Made by a program: the position numbers and the translations under genes. A DNA stretch of 64,000 nt, taken from Minisyncoccota bacterium (GTDB lineage: Bacteria; Patescibacteriota; Microgenomatia; UBA1400; UBA12028). The notes under the pieces are model-generated. The model made no database searches. It saw only the letters and a list, made by a program, of their open reading frames with translations, and was not told the origin of the DNA. Location: NCBI GenBank assembly GCA_016211945.1, contig JACRHV010000004.1:2649-66648 (forward strand), in the 5' to 3' direction. Shown in pieces: positions 38,859-48,340 of the stretch; position 1 is the stretch's first letter; the number at the start of each line of letters is the position of its first letter.

Positions 38859-39605
38859 TTACCCTTCCTGTCGCTTCATCATTTCTTGTTCAGCCTCTTG
38901 AAGTTGTTGTGGTGTATTAATTCCTATTCCTATCGCCTTATCTTCAACAGTATAGGTGTCAATGTGTTCATTGTTTTGGAAACCTAGCGCAACAATGTCT
39001 GTAAAGTAAAACTCCGCTGAAATAGGATTTCTTTGAATCTGCGGAAGATATTTTTGCAAAAATGTATATGTATAGACCGCGTTCCCCGTGTTTATTTCAG
39101 TAATTGCTTTTTGCTCATCTGTTGCATTTTTTTCTTCAACAATTCCTGTCATTTTTCCTTTAGCATCACGGAGAATGCGACCGTACCCTACTGGATCTGT
39201 ATGCGTGGTAATTAAGGTCATGGCGGCACCGGATTTCTTGTGTTTGTCTAACAGTTCTTGTAAAACTTGTGTTGTGTAAAATGTTGAGTGATCACCATAA
39301 AGAACAATAACTTCTTTGGTATTCTCTGGTATATATGGCATCGCTGCCCGAACCGCATCCGCCGTCCCATCCGCTCGTGTTTGTTCGGCAAAAAGAACAG
39401 AGTCTTTGAGATACTCCATAACGCTCTCTTTTGCAAAGCCAACCACAATAATCGGCCTCTCAATCCCAAGACCTTTTAGTGCTGCGACAGGATACGAAAT
39501 CATCGGCTTCCCACCAACCTCATACATAACCTTATTCTTTTCGATCGCATTCATGCGCGTTCCCCTGCCAGCTGCTAAAACAATTGCTTGAATTGATGCG
39601 TTCAT
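38859..39605 (-). CDS. Stand-alone GlmU-like uridylyltransferase domain with no acetyltransferase domain
   Basis: LAAGRGTRM, GTADAV, YGD, GYGRI, IVEEK, EINTG, EFYFTD; ends at 248 aa without hexapeptide repeats. Confidence 0.88.
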   Translation of the reverse strand: MNASIQAIVLAAGRGTRMNAIEKNKVMYEVGGKPMISYPVAALKGLGIERPIIVVGFAKESVMEYLKDSVLFAEQTRADGTADAVRAAMPYIPENTKEVIVLYGDHSTFYTTQVLQELLDKHKKSGAAMTLITTHTDPVGYGRILRDAKGKMTGIVEEKNATDEQKAITEINTGNAVYTYTFLQKYLPQIQRNPISAEFYFTDIVALGFQNNEHIDTYTVEDKAIGIGINTPQQLQEAEQEMMKRQEG

Positions 39606-40576
39606 AGGTACTCCATAAGTATGTTGGCTATTTTATCTGGATCGTGACGTAAAAGCGAGCGACGCAAAATATCCGCTCCGTGCTTTCCCATGTGATCTTG
39701 AACTACAAAATTTCCTTCGATACATCTCTTCTCTTTTTCCATGTCATGAACCACAGGATACTCATCTTCTTTCGCGTACGTATCCAATATATTTTGGGGG
39801 ATTTTTCCAGTGTTCACAATAATATAGTCCACCTTTTTTCCAATCGCCAACTCAATACCTTCGAGGTGTCGTGAAACATTCCACTGATGTGTTTGATTGT
39901 GTCGTGTCATTAAGTTTACGATGAACACAACCTTTCCCTTGACCTGAGAAAAAGCATTCTTCATTCCTTCAACAATGAGAGCGGGCATCACGCTGCCGAA
40001 ATAATCGCCAGGACCGATAACAATCATGTCCGCATCAATAAGCGCTTTATTTGCCTTGTGAAAAAGTGGTGCTGAAGGGTGAAGTTTCACAGATTCTACC
40101 TGTTTACCATCAATACAGGAGTTAAGGTTATCTTCTCCAACAACGAATGAGCCGTCAGTATAGTGAATGACAAGATCTACCGTGTGTTCGGTAACCGGAA
40201 GTATTTCCCCACGTAAACGAAAAACTTTTTCTGTAATTGCCAATGCATCTGCTGTAGATCCTGCCATATCCTGCAGGGCAGTGAGGATAAGGTTCCCGAG
40301 ATTATGTCCTTTCAGTCCAGTCCCTTTTTCAAATCGATACAAGAGAACTTTGCGAATCCACTCCTGGTTGTGCGAACCTGCAAGTGCGGCCAATGACTGT
40401 CGGAGATCTCCAACCGGTTGAAATCCAAACTCATCTCGTAATCTCCCTGTTGACCCCCCAGAGTCAGCAACAGAGATAAGGGCGGTGATGTGTACTGGTT
40501 TTGTTTGAAGACCCGATAGTATCGTTGACGTTCCTGTTCCACCGCCGATGAGAACAATGCGTTTTCTTGGAGACAT
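39602..40576 (-). CDS. YvcK/GlmR (CofD-like) UDP-GlcNAc-binding protein
   Basis: IGGGTG, DSGGSTGRLR, GDLR, GHNLGNL, IGPG. Confidence 0.9.
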   Translation of the reverse strand: MSPRKRIVLIGGGTGTSTILSGLQTKPVHITALISVADSGGSTGRLRDEFGFQPVGDLRQSLAALAGSHNQEWIRKVLLYRFEKGTGLKGHNLGNLILTALQDMAGSTADALAITEKVFRLRGEILPVTEHTVDLVIHYTDGSFVVGEDNLNSCIDGKQVESVKLHPSAPLFHKANKALIDADMIVIGPGDYFGSVMPALIVEGMKNAFSQVKGKVVFIVNLMTRHNQTHQWNVSRHLEGIELAIGKKVDYIIVNTGKIPQNILDTYAKEDEYPVVHDMEKEKRCIEGNFVVQDHMGKHGADILRRSLLRHDPDKIANILMEYL

Positions 40577-40578
40577 TT

Positions 40579-41787
40579 CTACGTCTTTCTTGATTCAAGA
40601 GCTGTACGGGCTTCCTCTTGATCAGACCAAGGGACTTCGTGTTTGCCATCAAGATTCATGCTTCGTTCGTGTCCTTTTCCAAATATTCCAACAACATCGC
40701 CTTTCTTAGCCAATGTTTGTATCGCAAAACGTATCGCTTTCCCCCTCTCCGCAATCTCATAGATATTTCCCCAGTTTTTAACAACACCCTCTTTCATTTG
40801 CCGAATAATGACATGGACATCCTCAACTCGCGGGTCTTCCGCGGTAAACACCGCACTGTCGGCACGTTCAGATGCTATTCTTCCCATCGCCGGTCTTTTC
40901 GACTGGTCACGAAGACCAGCACAGCCAAATACAGCAATGAATGCATTTCCCTGTTTTACACGAGACCGCAGTGTTGTAAGTGCACGTTCAAGTGCGTTTG
41001 GTGTATGCGCAAAATCTACAACAACCGTGATTCCCAAATTGTTGGGTATCTCTTCCATACGACCTTTCACACCAGGAAATGATTGAATCGCTTTTATACA
41101 CACATCTGTCCCTATGTGAAGACATTGACACGCTGTTATTGCGGCCAATCCATTCTCTCTGTTGTATGGTTCGGCAATATATCGAACAAGTGCGGCCCGG
41201 ATACTGCTGTCACATGTCTTGTTATCGTATGAAATGATCTTTAGATTTTTATCTTGCAACTTCTTCTTTACTAAAGCCTCAGAGCGATCATTTTTATTGA
41301 GTATTGCTGTTTTTGCTCGCGCAATGAATGACGCTTTTGTGGAAAGATAGTGCTCATATGTGCTGTGGTAATCCAAATGTTCACGCGTGATATTTGTAAG
41401 TACAACGACTTCTGGATTGATGCCAAACAACCGATGTTGGTGAATACCGTGTGACGTTGCTTCAAGGACAACATATTCGTATCCCCTTTCCGCTACAGAA
41501 CGAAGCAATCTCTGCAATGCAAACGGACTTGGAGTTGTCACATGAAATCCTGTATCTATTTCTTGGTCGCCAATATACGCCGCAACCGTTGAAATTAGCG
41601 CTACCTTTTTCCCAGCTTTAGAGAGAATGTGATAGATCATCGTCGAGGTTGTGGTTTTCCCATCCGTTCCCGTCACCCCGATGATACGAATATGCTTTCG
41701 CCATGCACCAAACACAATCCAAGCAAACAATCCCTGGAGAAAATGGTACGGCTGTTTTATTGCAATGAGCAAAGACTGCAGCTTCAC
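40579..41787 (-). CDS. murE: MurE-type amino acid ligase lacking the N-terminal domain
   Basis: GVTGTDGKTTT, EATSH, TNITREHLDYH, DFAHTP, FGCAG, GKGHE. Confidence 0.9.
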   Translation of the reverse strand: MKLQSLLIAIKQPYHFLQGLFAWIVFGAWRKHIRIIGVTGTDGKTTTSTMIYHILSKAGKKVALISTVAAYIGDQEIDTGFHVTTPSPFALQRLLRSVAERGYEYVVLEATSHGIHQHRLFGINPEVVVLTNITREHLDYHSTYEHYLSTKASFIARAKTAILNKNDRSEALVKKKLQDKNLKIISYDNKTCDSSIRAALVRYIAEPYNRENGLAAITACQCLHIGTDVCIKAIQSFPGVKGRMEEIPNNLGITVVVDFAHTPNALERALTTLRSRVKQGNAFIAVFGCAGLRDQSKRPAMGRIASERADSAVFTAEDPRVEDVHVIIRQMKEGVVKNWGNIYEIAERGKAIRFAIQTLAKKGDVVGIFGKGHERSMNLDGKHEVPWSDQEEARTALESRKT

Positions 41788-41830
41788 CGTGTCATTCTAC
41801 CACGCACGCGTCTTGTGATACCATCAATCT

Positions 41831-43315
41831 ATGCGCCTTTTGCTCGAATTCTTTTTCCTCCCATACATTGAACTTTTCCGACAGATCCATACAACACATC
41901 ACCCTTTTCGCCGCTTTTTCCAAGGACTGCCTCTTTTTGCTCTGCTCCTCATCCTGTGGGTTAATGCTTTTTTTGTTTCTGGAACATTTGCGTATGCTGC
42001 ATTGTTTCAGGCTGCTGATAAGATTGGGATTGTTTCGTCTGCTGTACATATATCAGGAACTGGATCAATGTATCCAACCTTCCCAAAAGGAACCGGTAGA
42101 ACACTTGAAGATTTGGCTCGTGAAGATGTTGCTGCTCCGCTGATGAGAACGTATCCTGGGGGCTTTCATCTTTTTAACCGTTGGTACTCCCGTTACACAC
42201 TTCATCGTGGCGATATTGTGAGCTTCTCAAATGAAAAAACAGCAGAGCTTATCCAAAACGATGGTTTAGCAACGGATCGCGTCAACGGATTTGTAAAGCG
42301 TGTTGTTGGGTTGCCTGGAGATGTCATCGAGATTCGTGATGGTTTTGTCGTTGTAAACGGCGAGAAGATTGAGGAGCCATACACAGCTACACCTCGATCA
42401 ACATTTGGAGGAGCATATCTCCCTGACTGTCACCGATTGGAAATTCCAGAGGGAAAGACCTTTGTTATGGGCGATAATCGTAAGGCAAGCAACGATTCAC
42501 GCCATGTACTCGGTCTTGTAGATCTTCAAGATATCTCTCGTGTATTACCGTACGCAAACCAGACACCATACCAATCTCTTTGGCACGATCCATCGCAGGA
42601 CTATCAACAATCACATACCGCGCTCCTCCATGAACAGGAATACATTGACAAATTGAACGCAATTCGAACAGAACATGGGGTAAAACCATTGAAGTTCCAA
42701 CCGAAATTGGAACAATCGGCAAAGTTGCGCGCGCAAAACATCTTGAAATACAACGATCTTTCATTTGAGGCAACACAGAGCGGCTATACCATGGAAAAGG
42801 CGATGAAGGAGTCTGGGTACTCGAACATTATTTGGGGAGAGGCTCCTACTTTGGGGTATTACACTGCAGATGAGCTCTTGGAAAACTATGCAGAATTTCC
42901 ATCGTGGAAAAAGTTTCTTCTTGATAGCAGATATCAGGAAACTGGTATTGCCGCGGTTGTTGGTGAGCTGAATGGCTGTCCTGTACAAATTGTTGTTCAG
43001 CACGTTGCTGGGTATATGCCTCCAAACTATAAAAAGGAAGATATTGAGGGATGGAAGACCTCGCTTGACCGTTTACGTACTGTTCTGAAAAGCTGGGAGT
43101 CTGCAAGAAGTTTTGGCGCACAATATGAGGAGCGGAAGTCACAGTATGAAAAAATGATACAACTCATTAACGAGCGCATCGCCATTGCGCAGGTTATTTT
43201 TGCAAAAATGAGCGCAAACCAGTGGCTGTCCGATGATGAAAAGGCGTTGATCAATAAAGATAAAACTCTATATCAATCACAAGAATCGTTGGCAAAAATA
43301 TTAAATGAGAGATAG
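41831..43315 (+). CDS. Signal peptidase I (S26) fused to a CAP/SCP domain and a helical tail
   Basis: GSMYPT, FVKRVVGLPGD, MGDNRKASNDSR; then LNAIRTEHGVKPL...GE...YQETGIAA (CAP). Confidence 0.85.
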   Translation: MRLLLEFFFLPYIELFRQIHTTHHPFRRFFQGLPLFALLLILWVNAFFVSGTFAYAALFQAADKIGIVSSAVHISGTGSMYPTFPKGTGRTLEDLAREDVAAPLMRTYPGGFHLFNRWYSRYTLHRGDIVSFSNEKTAELIQNDGLATDRVNGFVKRVVGLPGDVIEIRDGFVVVNGEKIEEPYTATPRSTFGGAYLPDCHRLEIPEGKTFVMGDNRKASNDSRHVLGLVDLQDISRVLPYANQTPYQSLWHDPSQDYQQSHTALLHEQEYIDKLNAIRTEHGVKPLKFQPKLEQSAKLRAQNILKYNDLSFEATQSGYTMEKAMKESGYSNIIWGEAPTLGYYTADELLENYAEFPSWKKFLLDSRYQETGIAAVVGELNGCPVQIVVQHVAGYMPPNYKKEDIEGWKTSLDRLRTVLKSWESARSFGAQYEERKSQYEKMIQLINERIAIAQVIFAKMSANQWLSDDEKALINKDKTLYQSQESLAKILNER

Positions 43316-43321
43316 AGTTCT

Positions 43322-45094
43322 TTATTTTGGCGCGATCTTCATTCGAATGAAAAGGTCTCGAGCAATAGAAAACCACAGTGGGGCCGCTGTTTCAGACCCC
43401 CATGGGGAGGACGTTGGTTCTCTGAGTTTTACCAACATAACAAATTTTGGATCATCAGCAGGAGCAAAGCCTACAAAACTTGCCACGGTCTTTTCGTCAT
43501 CATAGTGTCCAGACACTGCAACTTGTGCCGTTCCCGTTTTCCCTGCAATGCGATACCCTTTTGGTGTTGCCCATTTTGCGTCTCCGTGTTGCGCTGCGGC
43601 CTCCATCATCAACGTGACCTTGTCTGCGGTATCTTGCGAAATGACTTGTCGAAGTGGTCTTGGGTCTATCGTAATCATGCGATCACCTTGTTTTACTGAT
43701 TGGGTGAGGAACGGCCTCATCATCAGTCCTTTATTCGCGATTGCTTGAGCCGTAGAGAGCATTTGTATGCCAGTCACAACAATACCCTGACCAAATGACG
43801 CCGTTGCAACATCAATATCCTTCCATTCTTTTCTAAACGGTGGAGTTGCTTCTTCCTGGAGGTCTATTCCTGTTTTTGTCTCGAGACCAAAGGAGCGAAG
43901 ATACTCTACAAATTTCTCTTTTCCAACCTTGTCCGTCACAAAGATCATCGCGGTGTTGTCTGAATGCACAAGTCCGTCTGCTATCGTTGTATTTGGATAA
44001 TATTTTTCATTCCATGTTTTTATCGTATACCCTGATATTACCCGGGGACCTGTGCACCGATCGCACTGTGTATCCGGCGACACCGCGCCAGCATCAATGC
44101 CAGCTGATACCGTGAGGATTTTTAGCGTAGAACCTGGCTCATACACATCTTGAACAAAAAGATTTTTATACGTCTGCGGATCAAAGGTATAGTATTTTGC
44201 AGGATCATAGCTTGGGAAGGAGGCCATGGCAAGAATGGCGCCCGTTTTGGGGTCCATAATTGCAGCTTCCGCGGTTTTACTTCCATAACGGACCATTCCT
44301 TCTTTTAATTTTTCCTCAAGCAAAAACTGAAGATCTCGTCGAATTGTCAAGGTGATATCTCTTCCATCGCGCGATCCAATGACATCGTACCCGCCGATAG
44401 CAATGGGTAACCCGAGTGCATCTTTTTCCTGTGTCACAACACCTTCTTGGCCTCGTAGTTCTCGGTCATAATACCCTTCGATACCAAAATACCCTTGTTC
44501 GTGGTCACGCTCATCTCGTCCCACGAAACCTAAGACATTCGCCGCCATCGAAGCCTCAGGGTAATACCGAACCTCTTCCCGATCAAATCCAAGTCCCGAT
44601 AACGCCAATTGATCTATCATTCCTTTTATCTCTCTGGGTAACTTTCTTTTGAGTGATACCCATTGCAAGGAAGGGTCTTCAAGTCTTTTTAGAAACGTCG
44701 TTTTCCATTCTCCTTGCGTTTGTTCAAGATATGCGGATGACGTGGCGAGTTCTGTACTGACGTTCTCATCAACGGGCATAAATGAGGTAAGCAACGATGC
44801 AATCTGCTCTCTTGTTTGAGTAAACTTTTTTGGTTCAGCAAACAAAGTATATACATCACGGTTTGTTACGAGCAAATGACCGTCTGAAGAGTAAATATTT
44901 CCCCGACTTCCTGTTGTTTTTTTCACGGATGTATATTGCGATTCTGCCGCCGCTTGCAGTTTGTCAGATTGTAAAATCTGCCAATAAAAAAGTCGGACGA
45001 GGAGAAGAATAAATATTGCAGAAAAACTGAATCGGATGAATACCACGCGCTGATGCCACGCGTGATCTTCGATATACGGAATGGGTTTTTTCAT
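43322..45094 (-). CDS. ftsI: Class B penicillin-binding protein (FtsI)
   Basis: RGNIYS, RYYP, EPGSTLK (SxxK), SDN, KTGTAQ. Confidence 0.92.
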   Translation of the reverse strand: MKKPIPYIEDHAWHQRVVFIRFSFSAIFILLLVRLFYWQILQSDKLQAAAESQYTSVKKTTGSRGNIYSSDGHLLVTNRDVYTLFAEPKKFTQTREQIASLLTSFMPVDENVSTELATSSAYLEQTQGEWKTTFLKRLEDPSLQWVSLKRKLPREIKGMIDQLALSGLGFDREEVRYYPEASMAANVLGFVGRDERDHEQGYFGIEGYYDRELRGQEGVVTQEKDALGLPIAIGGYDVIGSRDGRDITLTIRRDLQFLLEEKLKEGMVRYGSKTAEAAIMDPKTGAILAMASFPSYDPAKYYTFDPQTYKNLFVQDVYEPGSTLKILTVSAGIDAGAVSPDTQCDRCTGPRVISGYTIKTWNEKYYPNTTIADGLVHSDNTAMIFVTDKVGKEKFVEYLRSFGLETKTGIDLQEEATPPFRKEWKDIDVATASFGQGIVVTGIQMLSTAQAIANKGLMMRPFLTQSVKQGDRMITIDPRPLRQVISQDTADKVTLMMEAAAQHGDAKWATPKGYRIAGKTGTAQVAVSGHYDDEKTVASFVGFAPADDPKFVMLVKLREPTSSPWGSETAAPLWFSIARDLFIRMKIAPK

Positions 45095-45106
45095 GTCCAC
45101 TCAAGT

Positions 45107-45385
45107 TTACCGCATTGCAACAGGTCGTGCTGCGGTTAGGAAAGAAACCGATGAAATAGGGATGAATCCTTGCGCTACTGCTTCCTCGCGTAATGTTCGA
45201 AGAGACAACGAGGTGGCAAGTTCCTCATCTAAGTCTTTTTGTTCCAGACGCAACACGATGTTTTTTTGTTCGAGGTTATGTACGTACTCACCAATATTGA
45301 CCGTTTTTGCAGAATAGGCAATGTTTGCAATCGCCAAACCAAATACGACACACGCGGGAACAATGATTGCCAGAATTGTCTTCAT
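45107..45385 (-). CDS. FtsL-like small membrane/coiled-coil protein
   Basis: TM plus heptad repeats; lies between rsmH and ftsI. Confidence 0.65.
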   Translation of the reverse strand: MKTILAIIVPACVVFGLAIANIAYSAKTVNIGEYVHNLEQKNIVLRLEQKDLDEELATSLSLRTLREEAVAQGFIPISSVSFLTAARPVAMR

Positions 45386-46272
45386 TTCACACCACCTTTT
45401 ACAAAAATTCTAAGCTTTGCACTCCGACTTCTTGGGTTTTCTCGCTGTTCTTCCATACTTGGTTCTAACGGCTTTTTTGTGAGCTGTGTCCCTTTTTTCT
45501 CTATCTCCCAAGTTTTCATCGCGTGCTTCACGATACGATCCTCACCTTCATGAAAACTTATCGTCACTAACCGCCCGCTGTCCTCGAGAAGATCGAGCGC
45601 GGTGGGCAGGGCCCGTTCGATACTCCCAAGTTCATCGTTGACGACCAAGCGCAACGCCATAAATGTTTTTGTTGCTGGGTGAATGTCTCCGGGGTGTTTG
45701 CGACCCCCCACCGCTTTCTCTACGATCTCGGCTAACTCAGTTGTTGTCTCGATCGGCTTATTTATTCGATTGCGCAGTAAAGCTTCCACAATTGTCCGAG
45801 CACGGAATTCCTGAGCATACGTCGTAAGTAAGTCATACAGTTCCTTTCTGCCTAAAGCATTGACTAAATCTTTTGCTGTTACTCCCAATCGTTTATCCAT
45901 GCGCATATCGAGCATTGCTTCCTGTTGAAAGGAAAAACCTCGGTCTGCGGTGTCTAACTGGACGCTGTTCAAGCCAAAATCAAACAAAATTCCAGTGATT
46001 TTTCTCGTGGTGGTGTCCGGAATTGTGCCAAGTTCTGAAAAGTTTGCGTGAACTAATTTTATGTCACCCTTTTCAAGCTCCTTCACAAAATGCACACTTC
46101 CGTACGCAATTGCCTCGTCATCGTGATCAACCGCAATCACCTTGCCACCTTTCTGTAGGATTGCGGCAGTATGCCCACCTCGGCCAAACGTGGCATCCAC
46201 ATACCACTTGCCTTCTTGAACCCGCAGTCCATCAAGTGCTTCATGAAGCATGACCGGAGTATGGCTAGACAT
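45382..46272 (-). CDS. rsmH: 16S rRNA m4C1402 methyltransferase
   Basis: HTPVML, DATFGRGGH, LDMRMD, HPATKTF, ISFHEGEDR, NPRSRSAKLR. Confidence 0.97.
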   Translation of the reverse strand: MSSHTPVMLHEALDGLRVQEGKWYVDATFGRGGHTAAILQKGGKVIAVDHDDEAIAYGSVHFVKELEKGDIKLVHANFSELGTIPDTTTRKITGILFDFGLNSVQLDTADRGFSFQQEAMLDMRMDKRLGVTAKDLVNALGRKELYDLLTTYAQEFRARTIVEALLRNRINKPIETTTELAEIVEKAVGGRKHPGDIHPATKTFMALRLVVNDELGSIERALPTALDLLEDSGRLVTISFHEGEDRIVKHAMKTWEIEKKGTQLTKKPLEPSMEEQRENPRSRSAKLRIFVKGGVK

Positions 46273-46711
46273 GGTCCTCGCCTTTCTGCGGAACATCAAA
46301 CTGCTCTGCGATTTCCTCGGCATGCTGTTCAAGTGATTCCATGTATGTGTGATATGCGTCTCGATCCCAAAGTTCTACTCGATTTGCGGAACCCGTAAAG
46401 ACTACCTCTTTGGTAATGTTCGCTTTATTACGAAGATATTCCGGAATGACGGCCCTCCCAACGGTATCAAACTCGAGTTCGCTTGCCTCGTTTGCCATGA
46501 GACGTGCGAAGTCGCGGTGGACTTTTTTGGTGACACTACTATCCTCTAATGTTCCTATAAATGCTCGCCAATCCTGCTGTGAAAAAAGGAAAAGACATCC
46601 ATCCAATCCTCGTGTTAACACTGGTTTTTCTCCAAGAGAGTTGCGAAACTTCACAGGAACAGACACTCTCCCTTTCTCTTCTAACTTGTGATAATATGTT
46701 CCGATATACAT
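46265..46711 (-). CDS. mraZ: Transcriptional regulator MraZ
   Basis: KGRVSVP, RGLDGCL, DTVGR, RVELW. Confidence 0.95.
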   Translation of the reverse strand: MYIGTYYHKLEEKGRVSVPVKFRNSLGEKPVLTRGLDGCLFLFSQQDWRAFIGTLEDSSVTKKVHRDFARLMANEASELEFDTVGRAVIPEYLRNKANITKEVVFTGSANRVELWDRDAYHTYMESLEQHAEEIAEQFDVPQKGEDHV

Positions 46712-46723
46712 GGTTCTAGGCTT

Positions 46724-46778
46724 ATTTCCCACTAATTTCCACTAGATTGAGTGTAAGCGAAATACAACGGCATGTCAA
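46724..46778 (-). promoter_or_regulatory. dcw promoter (TTGACA-N17-TACACT) followed by two MraZ-type boxes (TAGTGGAAAT, TAGTGGGAAAT)
   Basis: -35 at 46773-46778, -10 at 46750-46755; GTGG direct repeats 10 bp apart at 46724-46744. Confidence 0.75.
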
Positions 46779-46808
46779 CGCGAAGAAAAGACGAAAAAGA
46801 GAGTAAGC

Positions 46809-47996
46809 TTAAAGAATCGAGTTTGCTAGCAGTTGGAGAAGTTTTCCACTATCTCCAAATGCAATCGTTGGAGATTTTTGTTTTTCAAGCAGTATGAGCC
46901 CATCTTTAGCTTTATCTCTATGATGTTTTCCGTGTATCCATGTATAACTCGCATACCAACATCCATGTTTGGGAAAAACTCCAGATAGAATTGCCCCCAT
47001 ACTTTCAAGATAGAGAGAGATCTGACGAAAATCTTTCATACATGGTATTTGGAATATTGTTGTTTCAAATACACTCTCTTCGTCTAGTAATTCTTTAAGC
47101 ATTTCCACACCTAAAACATCGGAAACAACACGCGTATGTGTTACGGAATTTTCATGAATTGACATCTCGCGAAAAAAATACTGCCTTGACTTCTTTGTAT
47201 CCACAGCTCGACCTATTTCCTTAAGTTGTTCTGTTGAATAAAGAAAAAATGGTTTTTGAGCGTCTGTCATATCGTGTGGTGGATTTATGTATTCATGTGT
47301 TCCTGGTTTTTCGTGGAAAAACGTAGCAAATCGGCCTAAACCAGAGTCACTATCTGTTGATAACATGGCTTGAGCTATGCTTGCATTAAATTTTTTTCCT
47401 ATATGTGCATTCCAATCTAAGACAACGTCTTGTTGTATCACGAATGAGGATGGATGAAGCGCCAAAGCTGGTGTGTCTATTGTTGATAGAAAACGTTGAA
47501 TTGCGAGTGTTAACGTTGTTGAATCAGACACAAGTGTGTAATCTGGAAAAAGCGTTGAAGTTTCGTGAACGGGTATCGCAAACGCAGATAAAACACCATT
47601 ATTCTGCTTTTCTGGGAGTGTCGCTACTCGACCAAACTCAACCGTTCTTTCTGCGTGATCAAAAACAAGACTAACTGTCCCCACTGGTTTCTGTTCATGA
47701 TCTGTAGCAAGAAAACAGAGTGTTTGAATATCAATGAAATTATTTGCCTGAGATACAGATAAAAGAAATGCGTGAAGTATGTCCTCTGGATTATTAAAAA
47801 CTTCATAAAAATAGTGAACAAGTTTTCCTAGCCCCCAAGCTCTCCGCAACATTTCAGAAATATGGTGTGCGTCATCTAATGTTTCTGCAAGACGAATATC
47901 ATACCCTTGACTACGGTATGATTGGCCAGCTAACAGATTCTGAACAATTTCAGATTGATTATCCAATTTTTGGAGTAATTCTTTGCGTAATGGCAT
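46809..47996 (-). CDS. Putative tandem GNAT-fold acyltransferase
   Basis: YDIRLA..DD, KPVGTVSL, VEFGRVATLPEKQNNGV (motif A-like); C-terminal LESMGAILSGVFP. Confidence 0.65.
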   Translation of the reverse strand: MPLRKELLQKLDNQSEIVQNLLAGQSYRSQGYDIRLAETLDDAHHISEMLRRAWGLGKLVHYFYEVFNNPEDILHAFLLSVSQANNFIDIQTLCFLATDHEQKPVGTVSLVFDHAERTVEFGRVATLPEKQNNGVLSAFAIPVHETSTLFPDYTLVSDSTTLTLAIQRFLSTIDTPALALHPSSFVIQQDVVLDWNAHIGKKFNASIAQAMLSTDSDSGLGRFATFFHEKPGTHEYINPPHDMTDAQKPFFLYSTEQLKEIGRAVDTKKSRQYFFREMSIHENSVTHTRVVSDVLGVEMLKELLDEESVFETTIFQIPCMKDFRQISLYLESMGAILSGVFPKHGCWYASYTWIHGKHHRDKAKDGLILLEKQKSPTIAFGDSGKLLQLLANSIL

Positions 47997-48009
47997 AAAA
48001 ATGTAAAAC

Positions 48010-48231
48010 TTACACCACTACCGCATGTTCTTCATGATATTGATATAAAATATCTGATTCTTCTAGGTTAATTTCATTCTTTGCACACGCTTGGAGTATT
48101 GCCATGCTTGCAGATGGTGCGTACGCATATGGAATATTCCCAAAATCTTTCACGAAACCTGCCATTGTTCGTAATATTGCTATAGCACGATCTGAAGTAA
48201 GTTGTTTTTCTAATTCTTCTGCAGTTGGCAT
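48010..48231 (-). CDS. Small acidic hypothetical protein (73 aa)
   Basis: AAAGGGGG RBS before ATG 48231; 13 bp upstream of the GNAT gene. Confidence 0.6.
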   Translation of the reverse strand: MPTAEELEKQLTSDRAIAILRTMAGFVKDFGNIPYAYAPSASMAILQACAKNEINLEESDILYQYHEEHAVVV

Positions 48232-48258
48232 ACTACCCCCTTTTTCAATCTTCAAAGG

Positions 48259-48333
48259 ATTGTATTCTTGGATATTTTCTCTGCTTGACTTATTTCTGAC
48301 TGTTTCTGACTATTAATGACTTTTTGATATAAT
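48259..48333. promoter_or_regulatory. Divergent promoter region with four TGACT direct repeats (putative wHTH operator)
   Basis: TGACT at 48286, 48297, 48307 and 48317; TGA-TATAAT 48325-48333 (+); TACAAT 48259-48264 (-). Confidence 0.6.
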
Positions 48334-48340
48334 ACCAGAC

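Noticed and set aside
48010-48231. Small protein as an acyl carrier protein (FVKDFG resembles FVEDLG)
   Set aside because: The phosphopantetheine DSL serine motif is absent at the expected position; the resemblance is too weak
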